Below the pieces are notes generated by a model, which was given only the letters and a program-made list of their open reading frames with translations, searched no databases and was not told the origin of the DNA. Made by a program: the position numbers and the translations under genes. A DNA stretch of 64,000 bases from contig JBEIPS010000001.1 in assembly GCA_040376915.1 (NCBI GenBank), forward strand, positions 11,296-75,295. Reading direction: 5' to 3'. Source of the stretch: Hylemonella sp. GTDB lineage: Bacteria > Pseudomonadota > Gammaproteobacteria > Burkholderiales > Burkholderiaceae_C. Positions 8,518 through 20,400 of the stretch are shown here, piece by piece; positions within the stretch are counted from its first letter, which is position 1; each line of letters opens with the position of its first letter.

Positions 8518-9177
8518 TTAACGTGCGGAAACCCGCAGACGCAGGGGCTGGGGCATGTCGGCGGGCGGGCCCTCGCGCATCGGCGGCAGTGCCCGCAGGA
8601 CGGCGCGCAGCGTGCTGTCGAGATCGGCGTTGTCCGAAGGCCCCACCAGCTCGATGCGCGTCACCTGGCCGCCGCCATTGATCCACAGGTGCACCACGCG
8701 CTGGTACTCGCCCACCTCGCGCAGGCGCTTGTCTCGCGCGATGGCCTCCTGGATGCGCTCCTTGACCTGCCCGCTGTACCACGCAAAGCGCGAACCGCCG
8801 ATGCCCGAACCCACAAGATCGACACCACCCTTCTTGCCCAGCAGGCCGAAGCCGTCGCCGCTGCCGCTGCCCGTTGCATCGACCGCAAGATCGGGCCCCG
8901 GTGGAGGCGTTTCGGTCGGCTGCGTGGGCTGCTCCTGCGGCTTGGGCACGTCGATCTTTTCCTGGATCTCCTCCTTGGGCGGAGGGGTCTTGGGCGGCGG
9001 CGGCGGTGGCGGCGGCTTGATCAGCGCAATTTCCTGCATGACTTTCTTCTTTTTGGGTTCGGGGCTCGCGCCCAGCAACTGGACCAGCCAGGTCACCACC
9101 AGGCCCACGGCTGCCAGGGCCAGCAGCGCCAGCAGGGGCCAGCGCAGGCGCCGCCACCAGATCAGCTGGGTGTTCAC
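8518..9177 (-). CDS. TonB/TolA-like energy transducer
   Basis: N-terminal TM helix, PPPPPPPKTPPP linker, C-terminal domain LWINGGGQVTRIELVGPSDNADLDSTL..PPADMPQP. Confidence 0.85.
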   Translation of the reverse strand: MNTQLIWWRRLRWPLLALLALAAVGLVVTWLVQLLGASPEPKKKKVMQEIALIKPPPPPPPPKTPPPKEEIQEKIDVPKPQEQPTQPTETPPPGPDLAVDATGSGSGDGFGLLGKKGGVDLVGSGIGGSRFAWYSGQVKERIQEAIARDKRLREVGEYQRVVHLWINGGGQVTRIELVGPSDNADLDSTLRAVLRALPPMREGPPADMPQPLRLRVSAR

Positions 9178-9584
9178 TTGACCAACCGCTGCGTCACCAG
9201 GCCGATCTGGTTGAGATCCAGCCGACCCAGCAGGTCGAGTACCTCGACCACCTTCTCGTACTGCACGGCGGAATCGCCCTTGACGACCACCGGAAACTCC
9301 GGCGTCACGGCCTTGAGGCTGCTGAGCCGGCTCTCCAGCTCCTGCAGGTTGGGCACCGGGTAGGCGTCCAGGTAGAGGCTGCCGTCCTGGGTGATGGTGA
9401 TGGCCTTGGTCAGGGGCTTGGCCAGGCTGGGCGTGCTGCTGGCCTTGGGCAGATTGACCTTGATGCCCTGCACCGAGGCCGTGGTCATCAGTATGAAGAT
9501 GACCAGCAGCACATAGGCGAGATCGAGCATCGGCGTGATGTTGATGTCGTCGTAGATCGCGCCGTCTTCTTGTGCCTTGGACAC
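9174..9584 (-). CDS. exbD: ExbD/TolR biopolymer transport protein
   Basis: INITPMLDLAYVLLVIFI with the conserved TM Asp; VNLPKAS; VVVKGD..VQYEKVVEVLD. Confidence 0.93.
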   Translation of the reverse strand: MSKAQEDGAIYDDINITPMLDLAYVLLVIFILMTTASVQGIKVNLPKASSTPSLAKPLTKAITITQDGSLYLDAYPVPNLQELESRLSSLKAVTPEFPVVVKGDSAVQYEKVVEVLDLLGRLDLNQIGLVTQRLVK

Positions 9585-9585
9585 G

Positions 9586-11310
9586 TCAGCCTCCGTAGTT
9601 CTCGGCCATCTTGGTGACGAACTCGTCCACGAAGACGTGCATGTCCGCCGAGAGACCCTTGATCCGCGTCATCAGATAGTTGTAGCCAAACAGCGCGGGG
9701 ATGGCCACGCCCAGGCCGGCGACCGTCGCCACCAGCGCGGCAGCGATGCCCGGCGCGATGGCGTTGACGTTCACGTCGCCGGCGGCGGCGATCGCCGCGA
9801 AGGTGATCATCACGCCGACCACGGTGCCCAGCAGCCCCAGGAAGGGACCGCCCGAGATCGCGATGGTCAGCAGCACCATGCCCTTCTCCAGACCATGCCG
9901 CTCGCGCGTGAGCTGCGCGTCCAGGGTGGCGCGCACCGCGTCGATGGCCTGCGAGGAGACCACGGGGGTGGCCGCGCCCTGGGTCTGGCGATTCGGAAAT
10001 CGTGAGATGAGTTCCAGCACCCCGACCCGGAAGATCCGGTGCAGGGAGGACGCCCCATAGTCCGCGGCCTTGCCGGCCAACCGCTCGAAACGCGAGGCAT
10101 GGGCCTCGGCGCTGCGTTCGGTCTGGCGTAGCTCGCGCGACAGCTGCTCGAACTCGGCGCTGAACAGCGCATTGGTCTTTTCCATGCGGCGGATGGTCAT
10201 CGTCTTGTCGTACATGATCCAGACCGCGACGAAGAACATCCCCACGCAGATCACCACCACGACCCAGCCGTCGACCGTGAGGTTCTTCATCGTGGCGGCG
10301 AAGTAGTTGGGCTCGCCGCTCTTGTCGGTGGTCTGCTCCTCACCCTGACGCACGAGCAGGCCGGCCTCCCCCTGCGACTGCACCTGGGCCAGCAGCCAGG
10401 GGGCCGTGCGCACCGTGGCGGCAAGCTGCAACTCGTCGATCTGACCGCTCAGACCGCTGCCCACGCGCAGTTCGGCCGTCGGCGTCAGCGTCCCGGACAG
10501 GGTGGCGGCAGCCACACCGTTCACATACAGCACGAACTGCCGCCCCGCCGTGACCGCGATGTGCTGCCAGCCGCTGCCGGCCAGCGGGCTGGTAGCGCGT
10601 GCGGTGGCGCCCTTGTGGCGCAGCTCGGGCACACCGCCCACGAGGTGCAGGCTCCAGTCGTCCTGTGCCAGCAGTTCGCCGTCGGTCTTTTCGGGCAGGG
10701 TCCAGAGAGACACGGTCAGCTCAGTGGCAGTCTGCAGGCTGGCGTCGCTCACGCTCAGCCCGCCGTTGCCGGCCAGCCGCAGCGCACCGCCCATCAGACC
10801 GGCAGAGACCGGCACGCCGACCGACTGCGCCGCATGCCGCCCCTTGCCGCTGGCATCCTGCGGCAGACCCTCGGATTCGCTGAAATGGTAGACGGCCAGC
10901 TGCGCCTCGTCGTAGCGGGCGCCACCCTCGCCTGATGCTGCCGCCTTCGCGTTGCCGTAGTACAGCCATACGTGCTGGGTGCTGTTGCCCGGCGCCAGCC
11001 TTGGCACCTGGACCCAGACGAAGGCGAGTTCGTTGATCTGGTCGAAGCGTTCGATGTGGAAGGGCAAGGGCGTCTTGTCGTCTTCGGCGACAAAACGCAG
11101 ATCGCTCCCGTCCTCGCGGCCGACCAGGAAGTCGAAGTTGCCGCTGGACAGGCGCACCAGCACCGGCACCGAACCGAGTTCGGCCGTGAGTCCGGCGGCC
11201 TTGCTGTCCAGCGTGACCTTCTTGCGCCCGGTCCAGTCCTTGTCCCACCAGGCCTGCGCCGCCAGGGGCAGCGCCAACAACAGCGCCAGAAGTGTGAGGT
11301 ATCGTTTCAT
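9586..11310 (-). CDS. DUF2341 + LamG-like + MotA/TolQ/ExbB fusion protein
   Basis: Signal peptide then WW..DW..RKK, DGSDLRFVAEDDKTPLPFHIE, WQHIAVT, and ExbB core ISGGPFLGLLGTVVGVMITF..IAPGIAAALVATVAGLGVAIP. Confidence 0.92.
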   Translation of the reverse strand: MKRYLTLLALLLALPLAAQAWWDKDWTGRKKVTLDSKAAGLTAELGSVPVLVRLSSGNFDFLVGREDGSDLRFVAEDDKTPLPFHIERFDQINELAFVWVQVPRLAPGNSTQHVWLYYGNAKAAASGEGGARYDEAQLAVYHFSESEGLPQDASGKGRHAAQSVGVPVSAGLMGGALRLAGNGGLSVSDASLQTATELTVSLWTLPEKTDGELLAQDDWSLHLVGGVPELRHKGATARATSPLAGSGWQHIAVTAGRQFVLYVNGVAAATLSGTLTPTAELRVGSGLSGQIDELQLAATVRTAPWLLAQVQSQGEAGLLVRQGEEQTTDKSGEPNYFAATMKNLTVDGWVVVVICVGMFFVAVWIMYDKTMTIRRMEKTNALFSAEFEQLSRELRQTERSAEAHASRFERLAGKAADYGASSLHRIFRVGVLELISRFPNRQTQGAATPVVSSQAIDAVRATLDAQLTRERHGLEKGMVLLTIAISGGPFLGLLGTVVGVMITFAAIAAAGDVNVNAIAPGIAAALVATVAGLGVAIPALFGYNYLMTRIKGLSADMHVFVDEFVTKMAENYGG

Positions 11311-11399
11311 GAGTCGTTCTGAAAAAACACACGGCGCAAAGCGCCGTGACAAAACAAAGACGTTAATGAGTCCAGATGGCAGACGCGTGACGCCTGGCA

Positions 11400-11415
11400 T
11401 GGGCCGAATGGCCCA
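11400..11415. promoter_or_regulatory. 16-bp palindromic motif copy (TGGGCCGAATGGCCCA)
   Basis: 90 nt upstream of the exbB-fusion start; part of the longer inverted repeat GCATGGGCC-GAAT-GGCCCATGC right after the TpsA stop, so it could also act as an RNA hairpin. Confidence 0.55.
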
Positions 11416-11418
11416 TGC

Positions 11419-14400
11419 TCATTCGCCGAAGCCCAGCACGTCCACACGCACCAGCGTGGGCTTGAACTCGTTGGCCAATGCCTGGGCATTGCGCGCCGCG
11501 TCCGAGGCGGCCAGAGTGGCCGCCGCGATGCTCTTGCCGGCATCCTCGCCGCGAGAGGTCGCCCCCGAAGAGGATGCGCTCACTGCGCTGTTGTCGACCA
11601 AGGGCGTGCCGGTCGAAGTACCCGACACCTTGATGTTCTCGGCCCCGAGCACGGCCTGCGCCGCGATGTTCAGGTTGCCGGCACGGATGCCCGCGTCACC
11701 GGCGTTCACCGTGCCGCGCGGGGCGATCAGGTCCACGTCGCCGGCCGTGCCGCCCAGCGGCTGCAGCGCACCGATGCCGCTGCCGCTGGCCGCGCCCTGC
11801 AGCACGCGTGTCACGCTGCCGTCGGGCTTGACCAGGGTCAGCGGCGGTGGCACCACGGCCGCCGACTTCTTGCCCTTGCCCGCGTCGATGTCACCCGCGC
11901 TGGACCACAGCAGGATGTCACCCCCGCCCACCGTCAGGATGCGTGACTGGTTCACCAGCATGTCGTCCCGCGTGGCACCACGGATACTGCCCTCGGCCAC
12001 CACCGCGATGCCCAGCACGCCGGTGTCGGTCTGCCCGTTCGCGCTCGGGTTGAGCACCTCGGTCCTGGTCAGCACTTCCGGCGTATTGGTCAACCCCGCG
12101 ATCAAACGCCCCGAGGGCGCCAACAGGTCGATATTGCCGCCGGCTTCGGTCAGCACCCGGCTCGCAAAGAGGTTGATGTCACCCGCACGACCCGCCTGCG
12201 CCACCTCCGTGCCCGCGCCGCTCCCTGGGAAGAGCAGCTCCAGCGCGGCATAACCGCGGTCGTAGTTGCCGCCGTAGGAACTCTGCGCGTCGTTGGCATC
12301 GCGGCCGGTCGCGCGCAACGCGCTGAACAGCATGTCGCGCACCTGGGTACGTTGCATTTCGGGTGCGGCGGTGGTCAGGGCCTGCACCGCCGGCAGGGCT
12401 GTGGCGGCGTCCAGTCCGGCGTTGCCTGTCAGCCAGCGCGCCAGCCACAGCGTCGCCTCGTCCCCGGGCGTGGCCTGCAGCCGGCTGACCAGCCGCGCGA
12501 GCACGGCGGCGTTGTCGATGTTGTAGATGCCCGCCGTGCGGCCCAGACCGGCCGCCAGTTCCAGATCGGCCCCACGGGTGGGCAAGGCACTGTTGTCCAG
12601 GTTGCCACGGCTGACCACTCCGGCCGACGTGCCCAGGTCCAGATCGCGTCCGGCCGTCATCTCGAGCCGGCCCGCGCCGCCGACCCAGATGTAGGCGCCG
12701 ATGGACCGGTTCGTTTCGGTCGAGAACCGGATGTCACGCCCGGCGCCGATCTGGCTCACGTCATCCGCATTGACGTGCTGGATTTTCATGCCCAGATCGA
12801 TCACATCGCGTCCGGCCTTGACACGCACCGCCTTGGCGGAGTCCAGCGCCTGGGCATTTGCCATACCGCGCACATCGCCCTCCACGGCATAGACGCGCAC
12901 CGGCTCGGAGTCACCGGCATGGACCGGGGTCAGTGCATGGCTGCTGCCGGCGAAATCTGCCGTGGTGCGCACAGGCCGCGTGGCGTCCGGCAGAGGCGCC
13001 AAGTCGCTCAACACCGTCCGGCCCAGCATCGTCACGTTGTCCCCGGCCAGCAGCGTCAACTGGCCCCGTGCAGCGGGCGTCAGGGTGCTGGCGCCGCCGC
13101 CGCCCAGCAACACATCGTCCTGGAAGGACACCAGACTCAGACTGCCCGGCAGCAGGCCCATCGCTGTGGCCAGCGCGTAGTTCGCCGTCGAGAGGTTGAA
13201 CGTGGTGCCGTAGGCCCCGCCCACATCCTTGAAGCCGGCCAGTTTGTCATTGGTGCTGCCCTGCGGCCGGTTGTGGAAGTTCACATCCCCTGCCATGCTG
13301 GCCAGGCTGGCCGCGCTGTTGTCGGTGTAGCTGGAAAACAGGCTCCACAGGGCACTGTTGGCATTGGCGATGTTGAGGTTGATGCCGCTGCCGCTGGACT
13401 GCTGGACCAGATGCGGGTTGATAACTGCGTGGATATTCACGTCACCGCGCGCCAGCACATCCGCCTGCGCGTTGCCCAGCGCCACGATGGTATGGAGTTC
13501 GTTGCTGCCCACCTTGTCGCCCGCACCGATCTTGCCCTCGGCGCGGATGCGCACCTTCCCGATCGCTGCGACACCGTCGGCGTAGAACTGCCCGCCCAGC
13601 ACGTCGCCCCCTGCGGCCACGCGCACCGATCCACCACCGGACTTGTTCAGTGTTGCGGCCGAGCTGCTGCTGCCGCCGGTCGAGCGCGCCTGGGTGGCTG
13701 CGCTGGCCGACAGGTTGCTGATGTTGCCGCCGCTGGCCAGACTCACATTGCCGCCCCCCAGCGTGGCCACGCCCTGCTGGAAACGGTCAAACCGCACCCA
13801 CCAGGCTGGGGCCGTGTAGGCAGTGCCGGCCAGGTTCAGACCACCCTGGCGGAACAGCCAGCCGCTGTAGAGCTGAGCGCTGCGGGTGGCGGAGCTGATG
13901 TTGCCACCGGCTTTCAGCTCCACGTCCCCGCCGCCTGTGCTGAACTGGGCATTGGTCGGCGCGGTGAAGCCGGCCAGTGCCGTCGCCGCCTTGCCGGCGG
14001 TGTAGATGGCACTGGTGTTGCTGGCCAGGGTGATGTTCCCGCCGGCCGCCATGCGGATATCCCCGGTGCCGGTGCGCACCAACTTGCCGGCAGCGACCGC
14101 CAGGTTGCCCGTGCCGTTCATCGCCATGGCATTGGCCGATGCCGTGTCGGCGCCGGCCACCAGGCGGTAAGCCCAGGAATCGTCGGCCCCCAGAATGGCC
14201 GGGGTGCCCGTAGCCGGAGTGGCACCGCTCGTGGGCGTGGCCAGGTTGAAACCATCGGACAGGTTGTTGTTGAGATTGAGGTCACCCGCCGCGCGCAAGG
14301 TCAGGTTGCCGGCGTTGCCGCCGGGCCGGCTGCTGGCCAGGTTCCAGTCACTGCCCAGGGTCATGTTGCCTGTCGACGTGACCTCCACCCCGTCAATCAC

Positions 14401-17400
14401 GCGGAAGGCCGCGTTGCCATCCTGGCCCAGACGGGTCGTGATGGCGGCATGGTTGACCGCATACGCCGTGTTGTCGCTGTTGATCTTGCCCAGCCCCAGG
14501 GTCGTACCGGTCTCGTTCGCCGTGTTGTCCAGCGTCACATTGCCTGCATAGGCATAGGTGCGCAGGGCCTCCACGTCGATGCGGCTGGCACCGCTCACCA
14601 CGGCCGCCAGCGTGCCCACGCCGACGTCACTGCCCACGCGTGGTGCGCGCAACAGCAACTCGCCACCGTCTCCCGTGCCGCCACCGCCCACATCGACCCT
14701 GCTGCCTGCGTCCAGGTTCAGGCTGCCGCTGCGCGTGGCCAGTTCCACCTGGCCACCGGCCAACCCGGCCTGCGAGGACTCTGCTGCCAGGCGTGCGCCG
14801 CTCAGCAGCTCGACATTGCCCGAAGCCTGCACCACGATGCGCCCGGCCTGGGCGCCCGAAGCGTCCAGCGTACCCGCCAGGCTGATGGCGCCGTCGTCCG
14901 CCGTGAGGGCGATGTTCTGCGCCCGCGTCACGTCGGCAGCCGCCACGCTGATGTCGCCGCTGCGCACGCGCAGGTTGCGCTGGCCCGAGAAGCCGCCGTC
15001 GTTGAGTGCGTCATTGAGGTCGGAATAACTCGCCAGCGTCTTCGTGTCCACCGCCACGCGCGCGCCCTCGCCGGTCTGGCCGGTCCCGTTCGCCGGGTTG
15101 CCACCCACCACGCTGTTGCGCGCCAGGCTCACGCTGCCGTTGACCGCACTGAGTGCCAGTTCACCGGCATCGCCACCGGCCGCGCCGGACACATCGACGC
15201 GGGCCCCGGAAGCCAGCGCCACGTTACCCTGCGCGGCCGTGATGGTCACCCGCCCGGCTTCGGAGGGTTTCTGCACATCGAAAAAATCCACCAGCCGGCC
15301 CGACACGTCCACCACCGCCTGGCTGCCCAGTTGCACGTCGCCGCTGCTGGCAGTCAAAGTCAGCTCGCCGGAGTGCAGGCGTGCCGTGGTGTCGAAATTC
15401 ACGCTGGCGCCCTTCAGTGTCCATTCCGCGCCCAGTGTGCGATCGGCCGTGATGGCGCGCACCACCGGCGCTGTCTCCCCGGCCAGATAGTCGCGCACCA
15501 CCAGCGCGGCGTCGCTGCCCAGCGTCTGCTGGGACAGACCGGCACCCGAGATTTGCCGGACCACCACGGTCAGCGGGGCACCGCTCACCGTGGTGCTGCC
15601 CATGCCGACCCCTTTGAGTTCATTGGCTCGCGCATCCACAGCAGCAAAGCCCTTGATCTCCTTGTTGCCGGTCCCCAGGGTCAGCACGTCGGCGCGCAGC
15701 TCCAGCGCACCGCTGCCCAGGGCGCCGGTGGCGGGCAAGGCGACCCCACCCGCGTTGTTCAGATGCATCTGCTGCGCGTTCACGCTGGCCGTCTGGCCCG
15801 TGTTGTCCAGGCCACGCAGGCCGGCGCCCTGCAGGGTCAAGGCCTTGAGCGTGGGGCTGCCGTTCGCATCCCGTCCGCCGATCTGCGCATTGCCATACAC
15901 ATCGAAACTGCTGTAGCTGGTCAAGGTCAGGGCTGCCAGCGAGCTCATCCCGTCGAGTTCGTCCTGGCCGTAACTGATGCCGGGCAACCCGGCGGCCGCG
16001 CTGGAGTCGCCGACAAAATTGATGCGCGCGGCACCCACGCCCAGCTTGCCGGCCACGGCCACACCGTTCTTCTCGAACAACGTCCGGCCCTCGAACTGGT
16101 TGCTCTGCGTGGCGTCCAGGGTGATGGCATCGGCCGCGCGCACCAGCGGCGCCACGCCGGCACCGGCAGTGCCCTCGATGCGGCCGGTGGTGTTGGTGCT
16201 GCCGCTGCGCACGAAGCTGGCCTCCGAGCTGGCCGCGCGCACGAAGGCCCCGTCGCCCGTGGTGGTGTAGGCCGTGGCCGTTGTGCTGTCCCCCTGCGCG
16301 TCGATCACGCTGCCAGGTGCGAGTGTGATCTGGTCGCGCGCCATCAGCATCACTTCCGGCGCCTGCAGCGCGGAGTTGCTGTCATTGGCCAGCACCACAT
16401 TGGAGGCCACCGCCGTCAGGGCTGCACCCGTGGCGTTGTTCGTTCGGGTGCCACCCAGCAGCAGGCTGGCCGCGCCCAGACGCTGGAGCTGCTCCACGCT
16501 GACCTGCACGGCATTCGGGTCCACGCCCGTCGCGTTCGGACCGGTGATGACCAGGTTCGCCGCTGCGATGTCCACCGCTGCCGCCTGGCCGCCCCGGGCG
16601 GCCGCCATGCGGTAGGTCGCGTCCAGGGCCAGTGCCGAGGCGCCGGTGCCCGTGGTGCTGATCGACAACAGGCCCGCGTCTTCGGGCCGGTTGCGGCTGC
16701 CGGCAAAAAAGTCCGAGGCCTGCGTGAGCGTGAATTCGGAGCGCTCACGCACCTGCTCGCGGCTCAGCACCTCGATGCCCTGCCAGTTGGCGTCCTTCGG
16801 CGCGTTGGACCGGCTGTCGCTCAGGTAGCCACTGCTCACCCATGCGCCGTCGGCACGGGCGTAGGACTGGTTGGGCAACACGTTATTCATGCCCGTGTCC
16901 AGGCGCACGGCGTAGGCGCCGGGCAGCAGGGCGTAGTGCGCCGGCAGCAGGGTGTAATAACCGGCGGCCAGCCCCGGCACACCGGAGAGATAGACCGTGG
17001 TGCCCGTCTTCGCGTTGAAGGCCTCCTGACCATCGCCCGGTGCAAAGCCGCTGGCGTAACCGGGCAGCACGGCGTAGGTGCCGCTGCGGGCCAGGATGTC
17101 GGCCGAGCCCCCGGGGCCCACCGTGAACTCATGGGCCTGCACGCCGCCGCCGCCGCTCAGGTCCACAACGGCCCCGGCCTGCATGTCTATGGTCTGGCCG
17201 CTGGCGCGTACCGCCTTGCCTTCGAGTGTCGTCACAGTGGTGCCCGAACCCTCCACGCCGCCCACCCAGCTGCGGCCGTTCTCCACCCGGCCATAGGAAA
17301 ACTGTGCGCCGGCACCCGACACGCTGGTCACGCTGCCGGCCTTGAACTCCAGCAGCTCGCTGGCCTGCAGGTCGATCTGGCCAAAGGGCGCGTGCAGGGT

Positions 17401-20400
17401 GCTGCCTTGCGAAATCTCGCGCGCCTGCACGGTCACCGAGCCTTGTACCGAGTAGGGTGTGAGCGCGGCCGCGCCCGTGCTGTTGGTGAAGGCCACGCGC
17501 TGACCGGGCGCCTTGACGGTGAAAGCCACGTCGGTACTGGGTGCCGTCAGCGGGCTGTCTACCGTGAGATCGGACGCCAGGGTCAGAGAACCGGTGTCGG
17601 CCACACCGCCGGCATCGGTCGGGGCGCCCGTCAGGCGCACGGCCTCGTCGGCCTGCAGCGTCAGTTGCCCGATCCCGCTCACGGTCACATGGCCGGCCAC
17701 CGTCACCAGGGCGCCGTCCACCGTCAGGCTGCCGGTACCGGCCACCGGGGTACCGCCCGTGGCAGTGCTCGCCGAGTTGGTCAGGGTCACCGCATGGGCA
17801 CTCAGGCCCACATTTCCGCCCTGGGTCTCGATGCGCCCGGCGTCCAGGGTCAGGCTGCCCAGAGGCAGATTGCCCGCAGCAGCAATCTGCACATTGCCGT
17901 CCAGGCGGATGGCATCCTTGCTTTTGAGGCTGATCTCGTCGAAGCCCGCCGTGCGCAGGGCATCGGCACTCAGCACCACGTTGCCGTTGCTGCTGGCGGG
18001 CAGGGCATCCCCGGCGGCCAGGGCCGCAGCCTGCAGGCCAGGGGCCTGCTGCAGGATCAAGGTCCTCTCGTTATCGGGCGCGCCGTTTCCTCCGTTGGCA
18101 AGCGGGCCCCGGATTGCGTCCCCCGCCTTCAGGTCAAAACTGAAGCGGCCACCACGCCGCCCCGACGCGCCCGCCTGGGCCGAGACCGAGCCATCGAGCA
18201 GCGCCGCTTCCGTTGTGCTCAGCGTCAGGCTGCCGCCATCGCTGGCCACGGTACGCCCCTGCCCGCCCTGTTCATTGGGCTGGGCCAGCACGACAGGCCC
18301 CGCGCCGTCGAGCAGGATGCGCGAGCCCTGCTGGCTCACGATGCCTGCGTTGTTGGCTGTCAGCGTGATGGCGCCGGCGTTCAGGACCTGCCCCTGCACC
18401 AGGCCCTGGCTGTCGGTGTAGGTCTGCGCCACCCCCGATGCATCCAGTACCGCGCCACTGCCCAGCCACAAGGCGGCCGTGGCGTCGTAGGGATGGCTGC
18501 TGTTGCGTGACACGCTGGCCGTGATGCTGCCGCCCTGCGCCTGGATCAGGCCGTCGATCACCATGCCGTTGCGGGCTTCGAGCTTCACGATCGCGCCGGT
18601 GTCGGCCTCGATGCGCGCGCCCGTCCCCACCCGGATGCGCCCGTCCGTCTCGCCCGTCCCGGCAGACGCCAGGCTCAGATCGGCCGCCTGGCGCTCCACG
18701 TCCTCGCGCTGGACCAGGTGGCTGAAACCCTGCAGATCGCTACCCGTGGCCTGGACGCGGTAGGAAGGGTGGATCTCACGGCTGACCACGCGCGGACGCA
18801 GCACCGTACCGTCGGCCACCTCCAGGCTTTCGCTGCCCTTGAGCACGTAACTGGCGAAGCCCTGGTCGAGCAGGCCCGTGTCCAGATTGAAGGCCGTGGC
18901 GTCGGCTGTGCCGCCGATCTTCATCTTCTGCGCGCTCAGGGTCAGCGTGCCGCCCTCACCGGGCGCATACCCCAGCACCGTCCCTTCCAGGCTCAGCTGG
19001 TTGCCGGACAGGTTCACGTCGCCACCATCGCCCAGACTGAGTTTGTTGGCGGCGCTGACGGTCGCCCCGCCCTGCACGTCGATCACACTGCCCGCTCCCA
19101 GCGCCACCAGGCCATCCGCGGTGAGCTTGACCACACCAGCGTCGATGGGCCGCAGGGGGCTGTTGGCCGCGCTCATGCCCGGCAGGAGGTTGTTCCAGAC
19201 CCCGGAGGTGTCGAGACGTACCCCGGACGCCACCTGGACGTCGATCCCCGTCGAAGGGCTCACATTGTTGTTCCTGGCGGCCAGGTCGATACGACCGCCA
19301 TGCGCCACGACATCGGCCTGGACCAGCACCTGGGTCCCCACGACGGTCACGCTGCCGTTGTCGGGCAGGCGCAGCGCGTCGCGCACGGTCACGGCCTGGT
19401 TGCTGTAGATCTCCAGGTTGGCGACCTTGTTCTTGCCCAGCAGGTCGGCATCCAGGGTCAGCGTGGCGGCCTGGGCCGCGGGCAGAACATCACCGAAATC
19501 GAATCCCGTCCCCAGCAAGGCGGACTGCCGGGCAACCACCACGGCCTGGTTCAGTTTGTAATCCTCGCTCAGCGCGGCGCTGCCCAGTACCAGGGTGGCG
19601 CCCTTGGGCTGGCTGGCAACGGCCTGCTGGCGTTCGCCGGTGGTCGTGCGGCCCTGCACCTCGGCCTGCAGCACGGTGGCCTTCATGCCCACCACGGCCA
19701 GCGTGCCGGCGTTTTTACCCTCGGTATAACCGGCGCTGTAGCGGTAGGTCGAGGCGCCCTGCACCGTCTCCTGCTTGTTCCAGCGGCCGTAGTCCAGCGT
19801 GAGGCTGTTGGCGATGCCGTCATAACGCGTGTTGGCATTCGCATCCGCGATGTCGACCGACTGCCCACCCGCGCTCAAGGTCGTGGTCTTGATGAAACCC
19901 GCCTGGTACTGGACGTTGCCGCCTGACAGATCGACCACGGCCCCGCTCTCGAGGATGGCCTCGCCCTGGGAGCGTACCGTCACCTTGCCGCCGGCCGTCG
20001 CGCGTTCGGCGGCCGTGCGTTCAAGCTTGGCGCTGTAGTTCTCCAGGCTGTCCTCGGCAATCAGCGTGGACACGCCGGCCTTGGCGTTGGCCAGGGCCTT
20101 GTTGACATCCAGGTACACCGTCTTGCCCCGCAGCGCCCCGCTGCGGTTGAGCGGCGAGTCCTTGAGCTCGTCGCCGCGCAGCTCGACTTCCACGATGTTG
20201 CGCGCCACGTCCACCGCGACGTTCTCCAGGCCTGCGACACTGATGCGCGCACCTTCGGCGATGTGCACACGCGCCGTAGTGGACACGGTGCTCGACTGCC
20301 GGAATGGATCGGTGGAAGTCCCGTTGAGATCGGAAGGCTTGTCCAGTGCGGTGATGTTCACCACACCCGAAGGCGCCACGATGGAGGCCCCGCTTTCCAT

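Noticed and set aside
8985-9020. GGC/GGT short tandem repeat
   Set aside because: Simply encodes the poly-proline linker of the TonB-like protein.
12352-18510. 2052-aa plus-strand ORF (also 21728..23878, 32531..34432, 842..1936 and similar)
   Set aside because: Antisense shadows of real GC-rich genes; no recognisable motifs and composition typical of reverse-frame translation.
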